Assembly (NCBI GenBank): GCA_003221005.1
Contig: QHTZ01000061.1
Location: 1 to 33,403, forward strand
DNA from: Gemmatimonadota bacterium
Lineage (GTDB): Bacteria; Gemmatimonadota; Gemmatimonadetes; Gemmatimonadales; GWC2-71-9
DNA: 33,403 bases
Direction: 5' to 3'
Shown here: one piece after another, positions 10,154 to 17,935 of the stretch
How positions within the stretch are numbered: the first letter of the stretch is position 1
Layout of the letters: each line of letters opens with the position of its first letter
Notes under the pieces: model-generated
The model's input: only the letters and a program-made list of their open reading frames with translations
Told to the model about the DNA's origin: nothing
Database searches by the model: none
Made by a program: the position numbers and the translations under genes

Positions 10154-10774
10154 ATGACGGTTCCCGCAACGTCGCGCCAGACCCGCACTTTTGAAGATCG
10201 CGCCGACGCCCTGGCGCATTTCTTCCTCCGCGCCGGCGAGGCGCCGCGGCTCGTCGCGTACGACGATGCGGCCGGATGTCCCCTCGACCAGGGCCTGGCC
10301 GCGATCGAGTGGACTGCGGCCGTCGGCATCCTCGCGGAGGGCGACCTCATCCACGCCGCCCGCCTCGGCCCCGACGCTGCGGCCGCCGTCATCGAGCGCA
10401 AGGAGGGGGACCAGCGGGTGTACATGTATTTCGGCCCGCGCATGGACGCCCCGCCCGCCGATCCGTACGAGGGCACGCTGCTGTACGATCAGCCCGGCGT
10501 GCGCGCATACATCTTCGCTCAGCGCGTTCACGCCATCGCCCATTTCCTACGCGCCACCCAGGGCGTCGGGGCGGTCATCGCCATGCTGGGGCGGCGCGCG
10601 CCCGAGCTGCGGCACATCCGGCGCTGGCTGCGCGCCCTCTTCAGCGAGCCGATGGAGTCCGGCTCCACGCAGCTTGCGGCGGCGTGGTTCGCCGCTGGAG
10701 GCGCCGGCTACCTGTTTCTCCCGTCGCACGCTGACGAGCCCTACCGCTACGACGAAGTCGGCATAGACGCCTGA
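10154..10774 (+). CDS. Hypothetical protein with internal duplication
   Basis: 206-aa ORF with typical codon bias; repeated F..R..A[LI]AHF motif. Confidence 0.8.
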   Translation: MTVPATSRQTRTFEDRADALAHFFLRAGEAPRLVAYDDAAGCPLDQGLAAIEWTAAVGILAEGDLIHAARLGPDAAAAVIERKEGDQRVYMYFGPRMDAPPADPYEGTLLYDQPGVRAYIFAQRVHAIAHFLRATQGVGAVIAMLGRRAPELRHIRRWLRALFSEPMESGSTQLAAAWFAAGGAGYLFLPSHADEPYRYDEVGIDA

Positions 10775-10775
10775 C

Positions 10776-11231
10776 ATGGTGCACTCGCTGCTGGTGCTGT
10801 GGGCGGCTCTCGCCGCCCAGGCGCCGGATTCGGCGACGCGCGCTCGCTACGCGACGGCGCTGCGAGCCCTGAGCGACTCCCTGAGCGCCGTGGAGGCAGC
10901 CGCCGCGCAGTTTCGCGCGGATCTGGTCACCGCCTCGCGCGACCTCGTCATCTCTCGCGCGTCGCGGCTGACCCAGCGGTGCGCTGGCGCCCTCGCTGGT
11001 ACCCCACCGGTCGACTCCCTGGCCGCGGCCCGGACTGGGCTGCGCCGCGACCTCGCGACGCTGCGCGCCGCATTGGTACGCTGCGGCCGAGATTTCGACG
11101 CCGGCCCGTGGGGTGCGCGCGTCGATTCACTGAAGGCCTGGGCGCCCTACCGCTTGGCGCGCCTCGGCGAGGCGGTGCAGCGCTATCGCCTCGCGGCGCG
11201 CGCGTTCGGGCGCCGCGCCGGCATCAAGTGA
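10776..11231 (+). CDS. Hypothetical exported helical protein (probable distant paralog of 9595-10134)
   Basis: Signal peptide ending ALAAQ, two Cys, starts 1 nt after the upstream stop. Confidence 0.75.
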   Translation: MVHSLLVLWAALAAQAPDSATRARYATALRALSDSLSAVEAAAAQFRADLVTASRDLVISRASRLTQRCAGALAGTPPVDSLAAARTGLRRDLATLRAALVRCGRDFDAGPWGARVDSLKAWAPYRLARLGEAVQRYRLAARAFGRRAGIK

Positions 11232-11364
11232 TGTTGGAACGTGCACGGTGTGGATACACAACTCCACATCGTGTGGACGGCCACCGCAACGGCCAGTCCG
11301 GGCGCGGGTTAGCGTCCACAGCCGATGCACACGAAAGTGAGCTAACCCGAAGAAATATCGGCAC

Positions 11365-11392
11365 TTGCGCGTTTTGGGCCGGCTCCTATATT
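11365..11392 (+). promoter_or_regulatory. Sigma70-like promoter upstream of the candidate ncRNA
   Basis: TTGCGC (11365-11370), 16 nt, TATATT (11387-11392). No credible CDS follows on +. Confidence 0.6.
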
Positions 11393-11399
11393 CACCCCA

Positions 11400-11830
11400 C
11401 GCGCTTTGAAGGGAAGGGTCGAGACCTCGTGTCTTGACTACGCCTCCAAGGCGGGTCCGAGCGGAAATTCCGGGGAGGCCGCCGACGCAAACAAGGGCTC
11501 AGGCGGCCGGCGATCCGGGAGCGGCTCTCCGGCTCGGATTGACGGGGCCAGTCGCGTGTCCCGTCCTCGCCGACGCGGTGCCTCGGCGAGCAGTGCGGAG
11601 GGTCGGTCCGCGACCCGATCTGACCCGTAGCACCCATACCGGTGAACCTTGCGGCCCGGCCAGGCTGCTTGGGGATCGAAGCCGGAGCTCCTGTTCGCCC
11701 TACCGAGCGACGCATCAGTCAACCGGCGGCGACAGGACGAAGAACGGAGGGAGCAATCCCCCGGCTCCGGGTAGCCGGTATGCAGAGCCCCCGGGCGGCC
11801 TATCGCGCCGTCCCGGGGGCTTTGGCTTTC
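11400..11830 (+). ncRNA. Candidate large structured non-coding RNA, family not recognised
   Basis: More than 10 nested helices with G-U pairs on the + strand, a GGGA-GCAA-TCCC tetraloop, possible loop-loop pseudoknots, an upstream promoter and a 3' hairpin. Confidence 0.7.
11784..11830 (+). terminator. Strong hairpin ending the candidate ncRNA; may also terminate the convergent rtcB
   Basis: AGAGCCCCCGGG (11784-11795) / CCCGGGGGCTTT (11812-11823), then GGCTTT. The U-tract is weak. Confidence 0.6.
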
Positions 11831-11832
11831 CC

Positions 11833-13284
11833 TCAACCCTTGATCACGCCGACCGGTTTGATCTGCGCCACCTTCCGGCCGATGCCGGCGGCGTGCACCA
11901 CATCGACCACGCGCGCCACGTCCTTGTATGCCTCAGGGATCTCCTCGTCCACCGTGGCCCGCGTCGCCGCGCGTACGAGAATACCCTGCGCTTCGAGCTC
12001 CTTCGGCACGTTGCGCTGTCGAGCGAGCTGTTTCGCCTTGTGGCGGCTGAGGCGGCGGCCGGCACCGTGGCAGCTGGATCCGAAGGTCTCGCGAAACGCG
12101 CCTTCGGTGCCCAAGAGCACGTACGAGTAGCGACCCATGTCGCCCGGGATCAGGACCGGCTGGCCGAGGTCGCGGAACCGAGGCGCGAGCTCGGGATGCC
12201 CCGGGGGGAACGCCCGGGTAGCGCCCTTGCGGTGCACACACAGCCGCCGCGCTTCCCCGCCCACCTCGTGCGTCTCGTGTTTCGCGATGTTGTGGCACAC
12301 GTCGTACACGAGGTGCGTCCGATCACCGGCCTCGCCGAATACGCGGACCAGCGCGCGGCGCGCGTAGTGCGCCATGATTTGGCGGTTGGCAAACGCGTAG
12401 TTCGCCGCCGCGTTCATCGCCCCCCAGTAGCGGCGGCCCTCCGGCGAGCCGATCGGCGCGCAGCAGAGCTGTGGGTCGGGCAGGGCGATGCCGTAAGTGT
12501 CCGCGGCGGCGAGCATGGTGTCGAGATAATCGTCGCACACCTGATAGCCGAGCCCACGGGAGCCCGAGTGGATCAAGACCGTGACGATGCCTGCGTCGAG
12601 CCCGAGCCGCTCGGCTGCGGGCTCGTCAAATCGCTCCGCCACGTACCCGACCTCGACAAAGTGGTTGCCGCTTCCCACCGTGCCCAGCTGGTCCTTGCCG
12701 CGCTCCTTGGCCCGCTCGGACACGCACTCGGGGTCGGCGCCGGGGAGTGTGCCGTTGGCCTCGATCGCGTCGAGGTCCGCCTCCCGTCCGTACCCTTGCG
12801 CCACCGCCCAGCGAGCGCCCTCGCGCAACACCTGGTTCAGCTCGCGACGCTGGAGCCGTAGATCGGACCGCGACGCGCCCACGCCGGAGGGAATGGTTGC
12901 GTACAAGGCATCCACGAGCTCCTTGAGCCGCGGCCGGACGTCGCCGATCCCGAGCGAGGTGGCGAGCAGCCGGACGCCGCAGTTGATGTCGTAGCCCACG
13001 CCCCCCGGTGACACTACCCCCTCATCCTCGTCGAACGCGGCCACCCCCCCGATCGGAAACCCGTACCCCCAGTGGATGTCGGGCATGGCGATCGCCGGGC
13101 CCACAATCCCCGGGAGGTGTGCCACGTTCGCCACCTGCCGCACCGCCTGGTCCCCCTCGAGATCGCGCATCAGACCTTCGTCGGCGAAGATCAGCCCCTC
13201 GGTGCGCATCCCGCCCTGGCGGGGCACGCGCCAGCGGTACCGGTCGGCGCGCTCGACGCGCGGGATCGCCCCCGCCCCACTCAT
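11833..13284 (-). CDS. rtcB: RNA 3'-phosphate/5'-OH ligase RtcB
   Basis: MPDIHWGYGFPIGGV; PGGVGYDINCGVR; QLGTVGSGNHFVE; HSGSRGLG; CHNIAK; HRKGATRA; PGDMG; SCHGAGR; EEIPEAYK; C-terminal IKG. Confidence 0.97.
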   Translation of the reverse strand: MSGAGAIPRVERADRYRWRVPRQGGMRTEGLIFADEGLMRDLEGDQAVRQVANVAHLPGIVGPAIAMPDIHWGYGFPIGGVAAFDEDEGVVSPGGVGYDINCGVRLLATSLGIGDVRPRLKELVDALYATIPSGVGASRSDLRLQRRELNQVLREGARWAVAQGYGREADLDAIEANGTLPGADPECVSERAKERGKDQLGTVGSGNHFVEVGYVAERFDEPAAERLGLDAGIVTVLIHSGSRGLGYQVCDDYLDTMLAAADTYGIALPDPQLCCAPIGSPEGRRYWGAMNAAANYAFANRQIMAHYARRALVRVFGEAGDRTHLVYDVCHNIAKHETHEVGGEARRLCVHRKGATRAFPPGHPELAPRFRDLGQPVLIPGDMGRYSYVLLGTEGAFRETFGSSCHGAGRRLSRHKAKQLARQRNVPKELEAQGILVRAATRATVDEEIPEAYKDVARVVDVVHAAGIGRKVAQIKPVGVIKG

Positions 13285-13676
13285 ACGTCGAACACGAGCG
13301 TCGCGCGCAGGCCCCCCCCTTGGTCGTCCCGCTGGACCGTCGCGTCGTGGTGCGTCACTGCCTTGACCTCGCGCGCGGCGGTGTGCCGGGTGGGATCGAA
13401 CTGCTCGCCCAGCACCCCCGCCGGTCCGGCGCGTGCCGGGACAAACCGCTCCGCGTCGTACAGGTACAGGGCGCCGGCGAGGAAACGCACCAGCCGCTCG
13501 CCGGCGTCCTTCCCGCGTGACTCGATGGGCCGCTCTTGCTGCGCCCGGACTGCGCTCGAGCCCACGAGCAGCTCGCGCAGGGCGTCGATCCCCGCCGCGC
13601 GCAGGCCGGCTTCGTCGGGCGCCACGAGCTCGACCGCGATGTCGGCGGTGTGGGGCACGAAACGGTAAGGCGTCAT
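13281..13676 (-). CDS. Archease
   Basis: N-terminal PHTAD, EVKAVTHH and C-terminal FDV; ATGA overlap with rtcB. Confidence 0.93.
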   Translation of the reverse strand: MTPYRFVPHTADIAVELVAPDEAGLRAAGIDALRELLVGSSAVRAQQERPIESRGKDAGERLVRFLAGALYLYDAERFVPARAGPAGVLGEQFDPTRHTAAREVKAVTHHDATVQRDDQGGGLRATLVFDV

Positions 13677-13688
13677 GGAGCGGCGTGA

Positions 13689-13862
13689 GAGAGGTGGCAC
13701 CGGGAGGCGACCCTGGCCGAGGTGAATGACGCCCTGTGTGGCGCCCGCTGCTCTGCGCAGCTTGCGGGCTCGGAGACAGACGAGTTCGTGGTGCGTGAGC
13801 TGCTGCTGACGGTGATCCAACAGATCGACCGCGCGGCGGCAGCCGTGCGAAGGCTCTCTTAG
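13689..13862 (+). CDS. Possible small protein or remnant (ERWHREATLAEVNDALCGARCSAQLAGSETDEFVVRELLLTVIQQIDRAAAAVRRLS); start uncertain
   Basis: 57 sense codons with protein-like amphipathic sequence; TAG overlaps the convergent TAA. In-frame GTG at 13722, or GGAG+GTG at 13685 one frame off. Confidence 0.45.
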   Translation, partial: ERWHREATLAEVNDALCGARCSAQLAGSETDEFVVRELLLTVIQQIDRAAAAVRRLS

Positions 13863-15253
13863 GCACCGTCCCTCGACGTCTTTCGCAGCTGCGGCAGCTC
13901 CGTCTCCAGCTCGTGCGTCTTGTGGAACGGTACTCGCGGCCCGCGGATGGGGAGGAGGTGCGCGATCGAATTGGCGTAGTACTCGAGCAGCGGCCGTGCG
14001 CGCGGCAGCACGACGACGCTGTCTCCGTCGGATACCACCAGGCGGCGCAGCCGCAGCATGCGCCAGGCGCGGTCCCACACGTCCTCGATGCGGGCGCCCC
14101 CCCGCACGACCTTGGCGTTCACCTCGAGCAGCCGGTCGCGCAGCTGGTCCATGCGCTCGAGCAGGGCAGGGCGGGGGATCATCGTCTGTCCGAACGACAG
14201 CAGGGCCGCCGCCGCGAGCGGGACGGGGGTGACGGGAATGACCGCGCCGATCCGGGTCATGGCTTCCTGGGCAAGGCGTTCGAGCTCGGGGAGGCGCCGC
14301 TCCTTGGGCCACGCCAGCACACCCGGGGGCGCCGTGGCGAGCCAGGCGCGGGCGGAGCGCGGGGTCCCGAAGTTGACCGCCGCGCGGCCGTAGCGCTTGA
14401 GGCGGCCAGTGACGAGCCGCGCGAGGTTGCGCGTGATGTATCCGGTCACGGTGGCGAGCTGCGCGATGCGCCCGGGCCGGCGTCCCTGGTCGACCAGCTC
14501 GCGGATGAGGGAACGGTCTTCCAGCACCCGATCGTAGTTGATGGCGACCGGGACGAGCCAGATGTCGCGGGTGAACGTGGGATCGTTCAGCGTAGTGAGG
14601 ATGTAGTCGAGCAAGCCGAGCTTCGGCGATCGCAGTCGTCCGTCGCGCGTCAGGCCGCCCTCGGGGAAGATTCCCTGGGTCACGCCGTTCCGGGTAATGA
14701 GCCGCACGTAGCGCTCCAGCACGGCGTGATAGAGCGGCTCCCGGAACCGTCGCCGCACGAAGTAGGCGCCGAACGACTTGAACACGTACTCGAGCGGCCA
14801 CGCCCGCGCCCACTCGCCCACTGCGTAGCTCACGTGCACGCCGTACGCCAGGACGTACGCGACCACCACGTAGTCGGCGTTCGAGCGGTGATTGATCAGG
14901 TAGACCACGACGTCCTGCTTGGGGATGCGCTCGAGGGCGGCCTCGTCCTGGTAGTCCACGCTCACCTTGTAGAGCAGGTTGATCAGGAGCTTGGCGAGGT
15001 TGTACCCGATCTGGTAATACGACAGGACGTTGAAGTGCGGGACGATCTCGGCGATATACGCGTCGACCTGGAGTCGCACGCGGTCTTCGGGAAGACCGGT
15101 GGTGCGGGCGTGCGCCGCGATGGCGGCGGTGACCACGGGGTCTTGGAGCAGCGCCGCTCGGACGTGGCCGCGCTGCTGGAGCTGATAGCGGGCGAGGCGC
15201 GTGCGGAATTGGTGGACCGTGCGGAGGGCGCGGCGGCGGAACCACCCTCTCAC
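13859..15253 (-). CDS. PlsB-like glycerol-3-phosphate/lysophospholipid acyltransferase
   Basis: NHRSNAD (HX4D), GAYFVRR, IFPEGGLTRDGRL..PKLG, VPVAINYDRVLE; GTGA overlap with the htpX stop. Confidence 0.88.
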   Translation of the reverse strand: MRGWFRRRALRTVHQFRTRLARYQLQQRGHVRAALLQDPVVTAAIAAHARTTGLPEDRVRLQVDAYIAEIVPHFNVLSYYQIGYNLAKLLINLLYKVSVDYQDEAALERIPKQDVVVYLINHRSNADYVVVAYVLAYGVHVSYAVGEWARAWPLEYVFKSFGAYFVRRRFREPLYHAVLERYVRLITRNGVTQGIFPEGGLTRDGRLRSPKLGLLDYILTTLNDPTFTRDIWLVPVAINYDRVLEDRSLIRELVDQGRRPGRIAQLATVTGYITRNLARLVTGRLKRYGRAAVNFGTPRSARAWLATAPPGVLAWPKERRLPELERLAQEAMTRIGAVIPVTPVPLAAAALLSFGQTMIPRPALLERMDQLRDRLLEVNAKVVRGGARIEDVWDRAWRMLRLRRLVVSDGDSVVVLPRARPLLEYYANSIAHLLPIRGPRVPFHKTHELETELPQLRKTSRDGA

Positions 15254-16278
15254 GAGACGGCGCCTCCCTCCTTTTTTAGCTGGGCGTATCCCATGCCCTT
15301 GAGGATCGCGATGCGCTTGACCATCGGCGGATGGGTCGCGAGCACGTCGGCGACGAACCCTTCGTGCGCGGTGAGGCGGCGGCCGAGGGGGTCTGCGATG
15401 CACATGTGCGCGGCGCCGCCCTTGATGTGCGTGGTGGGCATGTCCGCGGCCTCGATTTTTTGCAGCGCGCTGGCGAGCGCGAGCGGGTTGCGCGTAAACT
15501 GCGCGCCCATGGCGTCCGCGAGGTACTCCCGCTTGCGGCTCACGGCCATGGCCAGGAGCTGCGTGATGATCGGGGCGAGGATCCAGGAGAGGATCCACAC
15601 CACGAGCAGCACCACGACGAGCGGGCCGAGCTCGCCCTTCCTGCCCCCGCCTCCGCGCGAGCCGCCTCCGGAGCTGCGTCCCCAAAAGATGCGGTTCGTG
15701 CCGTCGCGCATCAGCACCACCGCGCCGACCAGCGCCGCGAGCGTGGTCATCAGCCGCACGTCTAGGTTCTTAACGTGGCCCAGCTCATGGCCGATCACTC
15801 CCTGCAATTCGTCCCGGTTGCAGAGATCGAGCAGCCCCTGGGTCACCGCGACGTGAGCGTGCAGCGGATCGGTGCCCGTGGCAAAGGCGTTGGGATCGGC
15901 GTCGGGGACGATCCAGATGCGGGGGCGCGGCACGCCCGCGGCGATGGCCATCTCTTCGACCACGTTCACGAGCTGCCGCTGCTTGTCGTCGCTGGGGTCC
16001 ACGACCTCCTCGGCCCCCGTTGCCCAGAGCACCTTCTCCGAGCCGGTCCGGTAGGCGTACGCGGCGAGGCCGGCGCCCACCGCCAGCATCACGAAGCCGA
16101 ACCACCACACGTGATGCTGGGCCGCCGGGGGGGCGTGGGCCGTGTACAGCGAGTAGATGTAATCGCCGCCGAAGCCGAGCCAGGCGAAGAAGAGCACGAA
16201 CACGACAAGCAGCCAGGTGGTCCGGCGGCGGTTCAGCTCCTGCTGCTGGAACAGGTTGAGGGAGGTCTCGTCGCTCAC
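15250..16278 (-). CDS. htpX: HtpX-like M48 membrane zinc protease
   Basis: NVVEEMAIAAG..P; PNAFATG; ELQGVIGHELGH; SRKREYLAD; THPP..KRI; GTGA overlap with lemA. Confidence 0.92.
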   Translation of the reverse strand: MSDETSLNLFQQQELNRRRTTWLLVVFVLFFAWLGFGGDYIYSLYTAHAPPAAQHHVWWFGFVMLAVGAGLAAYAYRTGSEKVLWATGAEEVVDPSDDKQRQLVNVVEEMAIAAGVPRPRIWIVPDADPNAFATGTDPLHAHVAVTQGLLDLCNRDELQGVIGHELGHVKNLDVRLMTTLAALVGAVVLMRDGTNRIFWGRSSGGGSRGGGGRKGELGPLVVVLLVVWILSWILAPIITQLLAMAVSRKREYLADAMGAQFTRNPLALASALQKIEAADMPTTHIKGGAAHMCIADPLGRRLTAHEGFVADVLATHPPMVKRIAILKGMGYAQLKKEGGAVS

Positions 16279-16859
16279 GTCTTCGGTTTCATCGAGAGAT
16301 CGACCTGCGGCACGCCACGCTCCGCCTTGTCCTCGATCTCCCACAGATCGGCGGGCTGCGCCTTGGCCAGGCCCGCCACGAGCGTCGTCGGGAACTGCTG
16401 TTGCTTCGTGTTGTACTGCGTGGCCGTGTCGTTGTAGAGCTGGCGCGCGAACGCGACCTTGTTCTCCGTCGAGGTGAGCTCTTCCTGCAACTGGCCGATG
16501 TTGCCCGTGGCTTTGAGCTGCGGGTACTGCTCCACCACGACCATGAGCCGTGAGAGCGCGCTCGAGAGGGCGTTCTCGGCCTGGCTGATCTGCTTCACAG
16601 CCTCGGGACCGGCGGCGTTGATCTTCACCGCCTGGTTGCGCGCCTGGATGACGGCCTCCAGCGTGTCCTTCTCGAAGCTCATCGCGCCCCGCACGGCGTT
16701 CACGAGATTGGGGATCAGGTCGTGGCGGCGCTTGAGCTGTACGTCGATCTGCTTGAAGGCGTTCACGGTTTGGTTCTTGAGCGATACGAGGCCGTTGTAG
16801 GCGCCGATCACCCACAGCGTCACGACCACGAGCAGGACCAGCAGTATCGAGGACGCCAT
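16275..16859 (-). CDS. lemA: LemA family protein
   Basis: N-terminal TM; YNGLV; IDVQLKRRHDLIPNLV; EQYPQLKA; LQEELTSTENKVAFARQLYND. Confidence 0.96.
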   Translation of the reverse strand: MASSILLVLLVVVTLWVIGAYNGLVSLKNQTVNAFKQIDVQLKRRHDLIPNLVNAVRGAMSFEKDTLEAVIQARNQAVKINAAGPEAVKQISQAENALSSALSRLMVVVEQYPQLKATGNIGQLQEELTSTENKVAFARQLYNDTATQYNTKQQQFPTTLVAGLAKAQPADLWEIEDKAERGVPQVDLSMKPKT

Positions 16860-16891
16860 CGGTCACTCCCGGTTGGAGAGGTGTGCGCTCC

Positions 16892-17530
16892 CTACGCCGG
16901 CGTGTGCGGCAGGAGTTTCGTGATCACCTGCCGGAGCGCCTCGGCGAGACTGGCGTCGCCCGGCCCGACGCGCGCGAGCGGGTGCGCGGCATCGACGTGC
17001 AGCTCGAGGCCGCGTCCCAGCGGAATCCGCCGCCAGGTGCTCGGCTCCCCGGAGTCGCGGACCGCGTCGCGCGCGATCCACGCGGTGAGCGCGCGGCCCG
17101 ATCGCCCGCGCGGCGGGCCTCCCGGGCTGCGCAGCGGCAAACGGTCCGGGGCGGGCAGCGAGGGTCCCAGGACCTGCGCCGCCCGTCGCTCCAGCACGTC
17201 CCCGGTTTGGTCCCGCATCTCCTTCGTGATCTGGGCGAGCGTCGCCCCTTCCATCTGCCGCAGCTTGATGCACAGCAGCTGCAGGAAGTGCCGGTACGAG
17301 TAGGTGGCGGCAGTGCCCCGTCCCTCCGGAGGGCTCACCAGCTCCTTCGTCACGTAGAACCGGATCGTGCGCTCGCTCGGCTGCGCGCGGGCGGCAGCGT
17401 TGATCGGGGTGATGGCGGACGCGTCCAGGATGGCGCCGACGAGGGCGGCGAGGTCGCGCAGGTTCCAGGGGGCGAGGTTGCGGTACTCGCGGAGCACGTG
17501 CAACGGATCCTGCTGGGGAGCCCCGGTCAT
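16892..17530 (-). CDS. MerR-type HTH transcriptional regulator
   Basis: SERTIRFYVTKELVSPPEGRGTAATY..RH.LQL..IK..Q.EG.TLAQI; C-terminal WRRIPLGRGLELHV. Confidence 0.85.
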   Translation of the reverse strand: MTGAPQQDPLHVLREYRNLAPWNLRDLAALVGAILDASAITPINAAARAQPSERTIRFYVTKELVSPPEGRGTAATYSYRHFLQLLCIKLRQMEGATLAQITKEMRDQTGDVLERRAAQVLGPSLPAPDRLPLRSPGGPPRGRSGRALTAWIARDAVRDSGEPSTWRRIPLGRGLELHVDAAHPLARVGPGDASLAEALRQVITKLLPHTPA

Positions 17531-17533
17531 GGC

Positions 17534-17935
17534 TCAGCCGTTGCCCGTTTCCCGCTCCCGCACCCGCCAGACACCTTCGAGCCAGACGGAGATTTCCCGG
17601 AGGTTGAACGGCTTCCGCAGGACGGTGCAGCGGTTCTGGTCTAGCCAGCTGCGCACTTCCTCGGCTTCCGCGTCGCCCGTCATGATGGCGATCCGCCCTT
17701 CCAGCTGCGGCCAGCGGTGCACCATGGCGAGGTAGAGGGCGAGCCCCGACATCGTCGGGAGGTGGATGTCGAGCAGCACCGCATCGGCGCGCTCGGATTC
17801 GAGCAGGGAGTAGGCGGCCTCCGCGCTCCCGGTGCTCAGGATGCGGTACCCCTCGCGCGTGAGCGACCGCTCCAGCACCCGCCGCAGCGGCGCCTCGTCG
17901 TCCACGATCAGGACGGTCCGTGCCCCGGGCGTCAT
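17534..17935 (-). CDS. Single-domain response regulator (receiver only)
   Basis: VLIVDDE; VLLDIHLP.MSG; IMTG; LRKPF; ATGA overlap with the AraC gene. Confidence 0.92.
   Translation of the reverse strand: MTPGARTVLIVDDEAPLRRVLERSLTREGYRILSTGSAEAAYSLLESERADAVLLDIHLPTMSGLALYLAMVHRWPQLEGRIAIMTGDAEAEEVRSWLDQNRCTVLRKPFNLREISVWLEGVWRVRERETGNG

Noticed and set aside
11454-11543. Y RNA-like GGTCCGA...TTGAC Ro60-binding helix
   Set aside because: The segment pairs fully with GCTCGGATT without the bulged C, there is no tRNA-like module, and no TROVE gene is in the window.
11689-11737. Hammerhead-like core on the minus strand (GTC...CTGATGC...CGAAC)
   Set aside because: CTGATGC and GAAC deviate from the required CUGANGA and GAAA, stem I is poor, and G-U and tetraloop evidence favours the + strand.
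11400-11830. RNase P RNA, tmRNA, SRP RNA or c-di-GMP-I riboswitch as the identity of the structured region
   Set aside because: CAGGCTGCTTG and GACGCAAA resemble fragments of these. However, GAGGAAAGTCC/ACAGAA..CGGCTTA, a tRNA-like T-arm with CCA, the SRP GGAA/AGCAG loop and the GGCAAA-GNRA stem are all absent on both strands.
11406-11836. ORFs 11406-11630 (+), 11438-11836 (-) and 11392-11715 (-)
   Set aside because: Low-complexity R/P/G/S translations without family motifs; better explained as structured RNA.
11833-16866. Long N-terminal extensions of rtcB, archease, the acyltransferase and htpX in the ORF track
   Set aside because: The extensions overlap upstream genes and are low-complexity. 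True starts coincide with ATGA/GTGA overlaps or family N-termini. No intein or fusion was seen.
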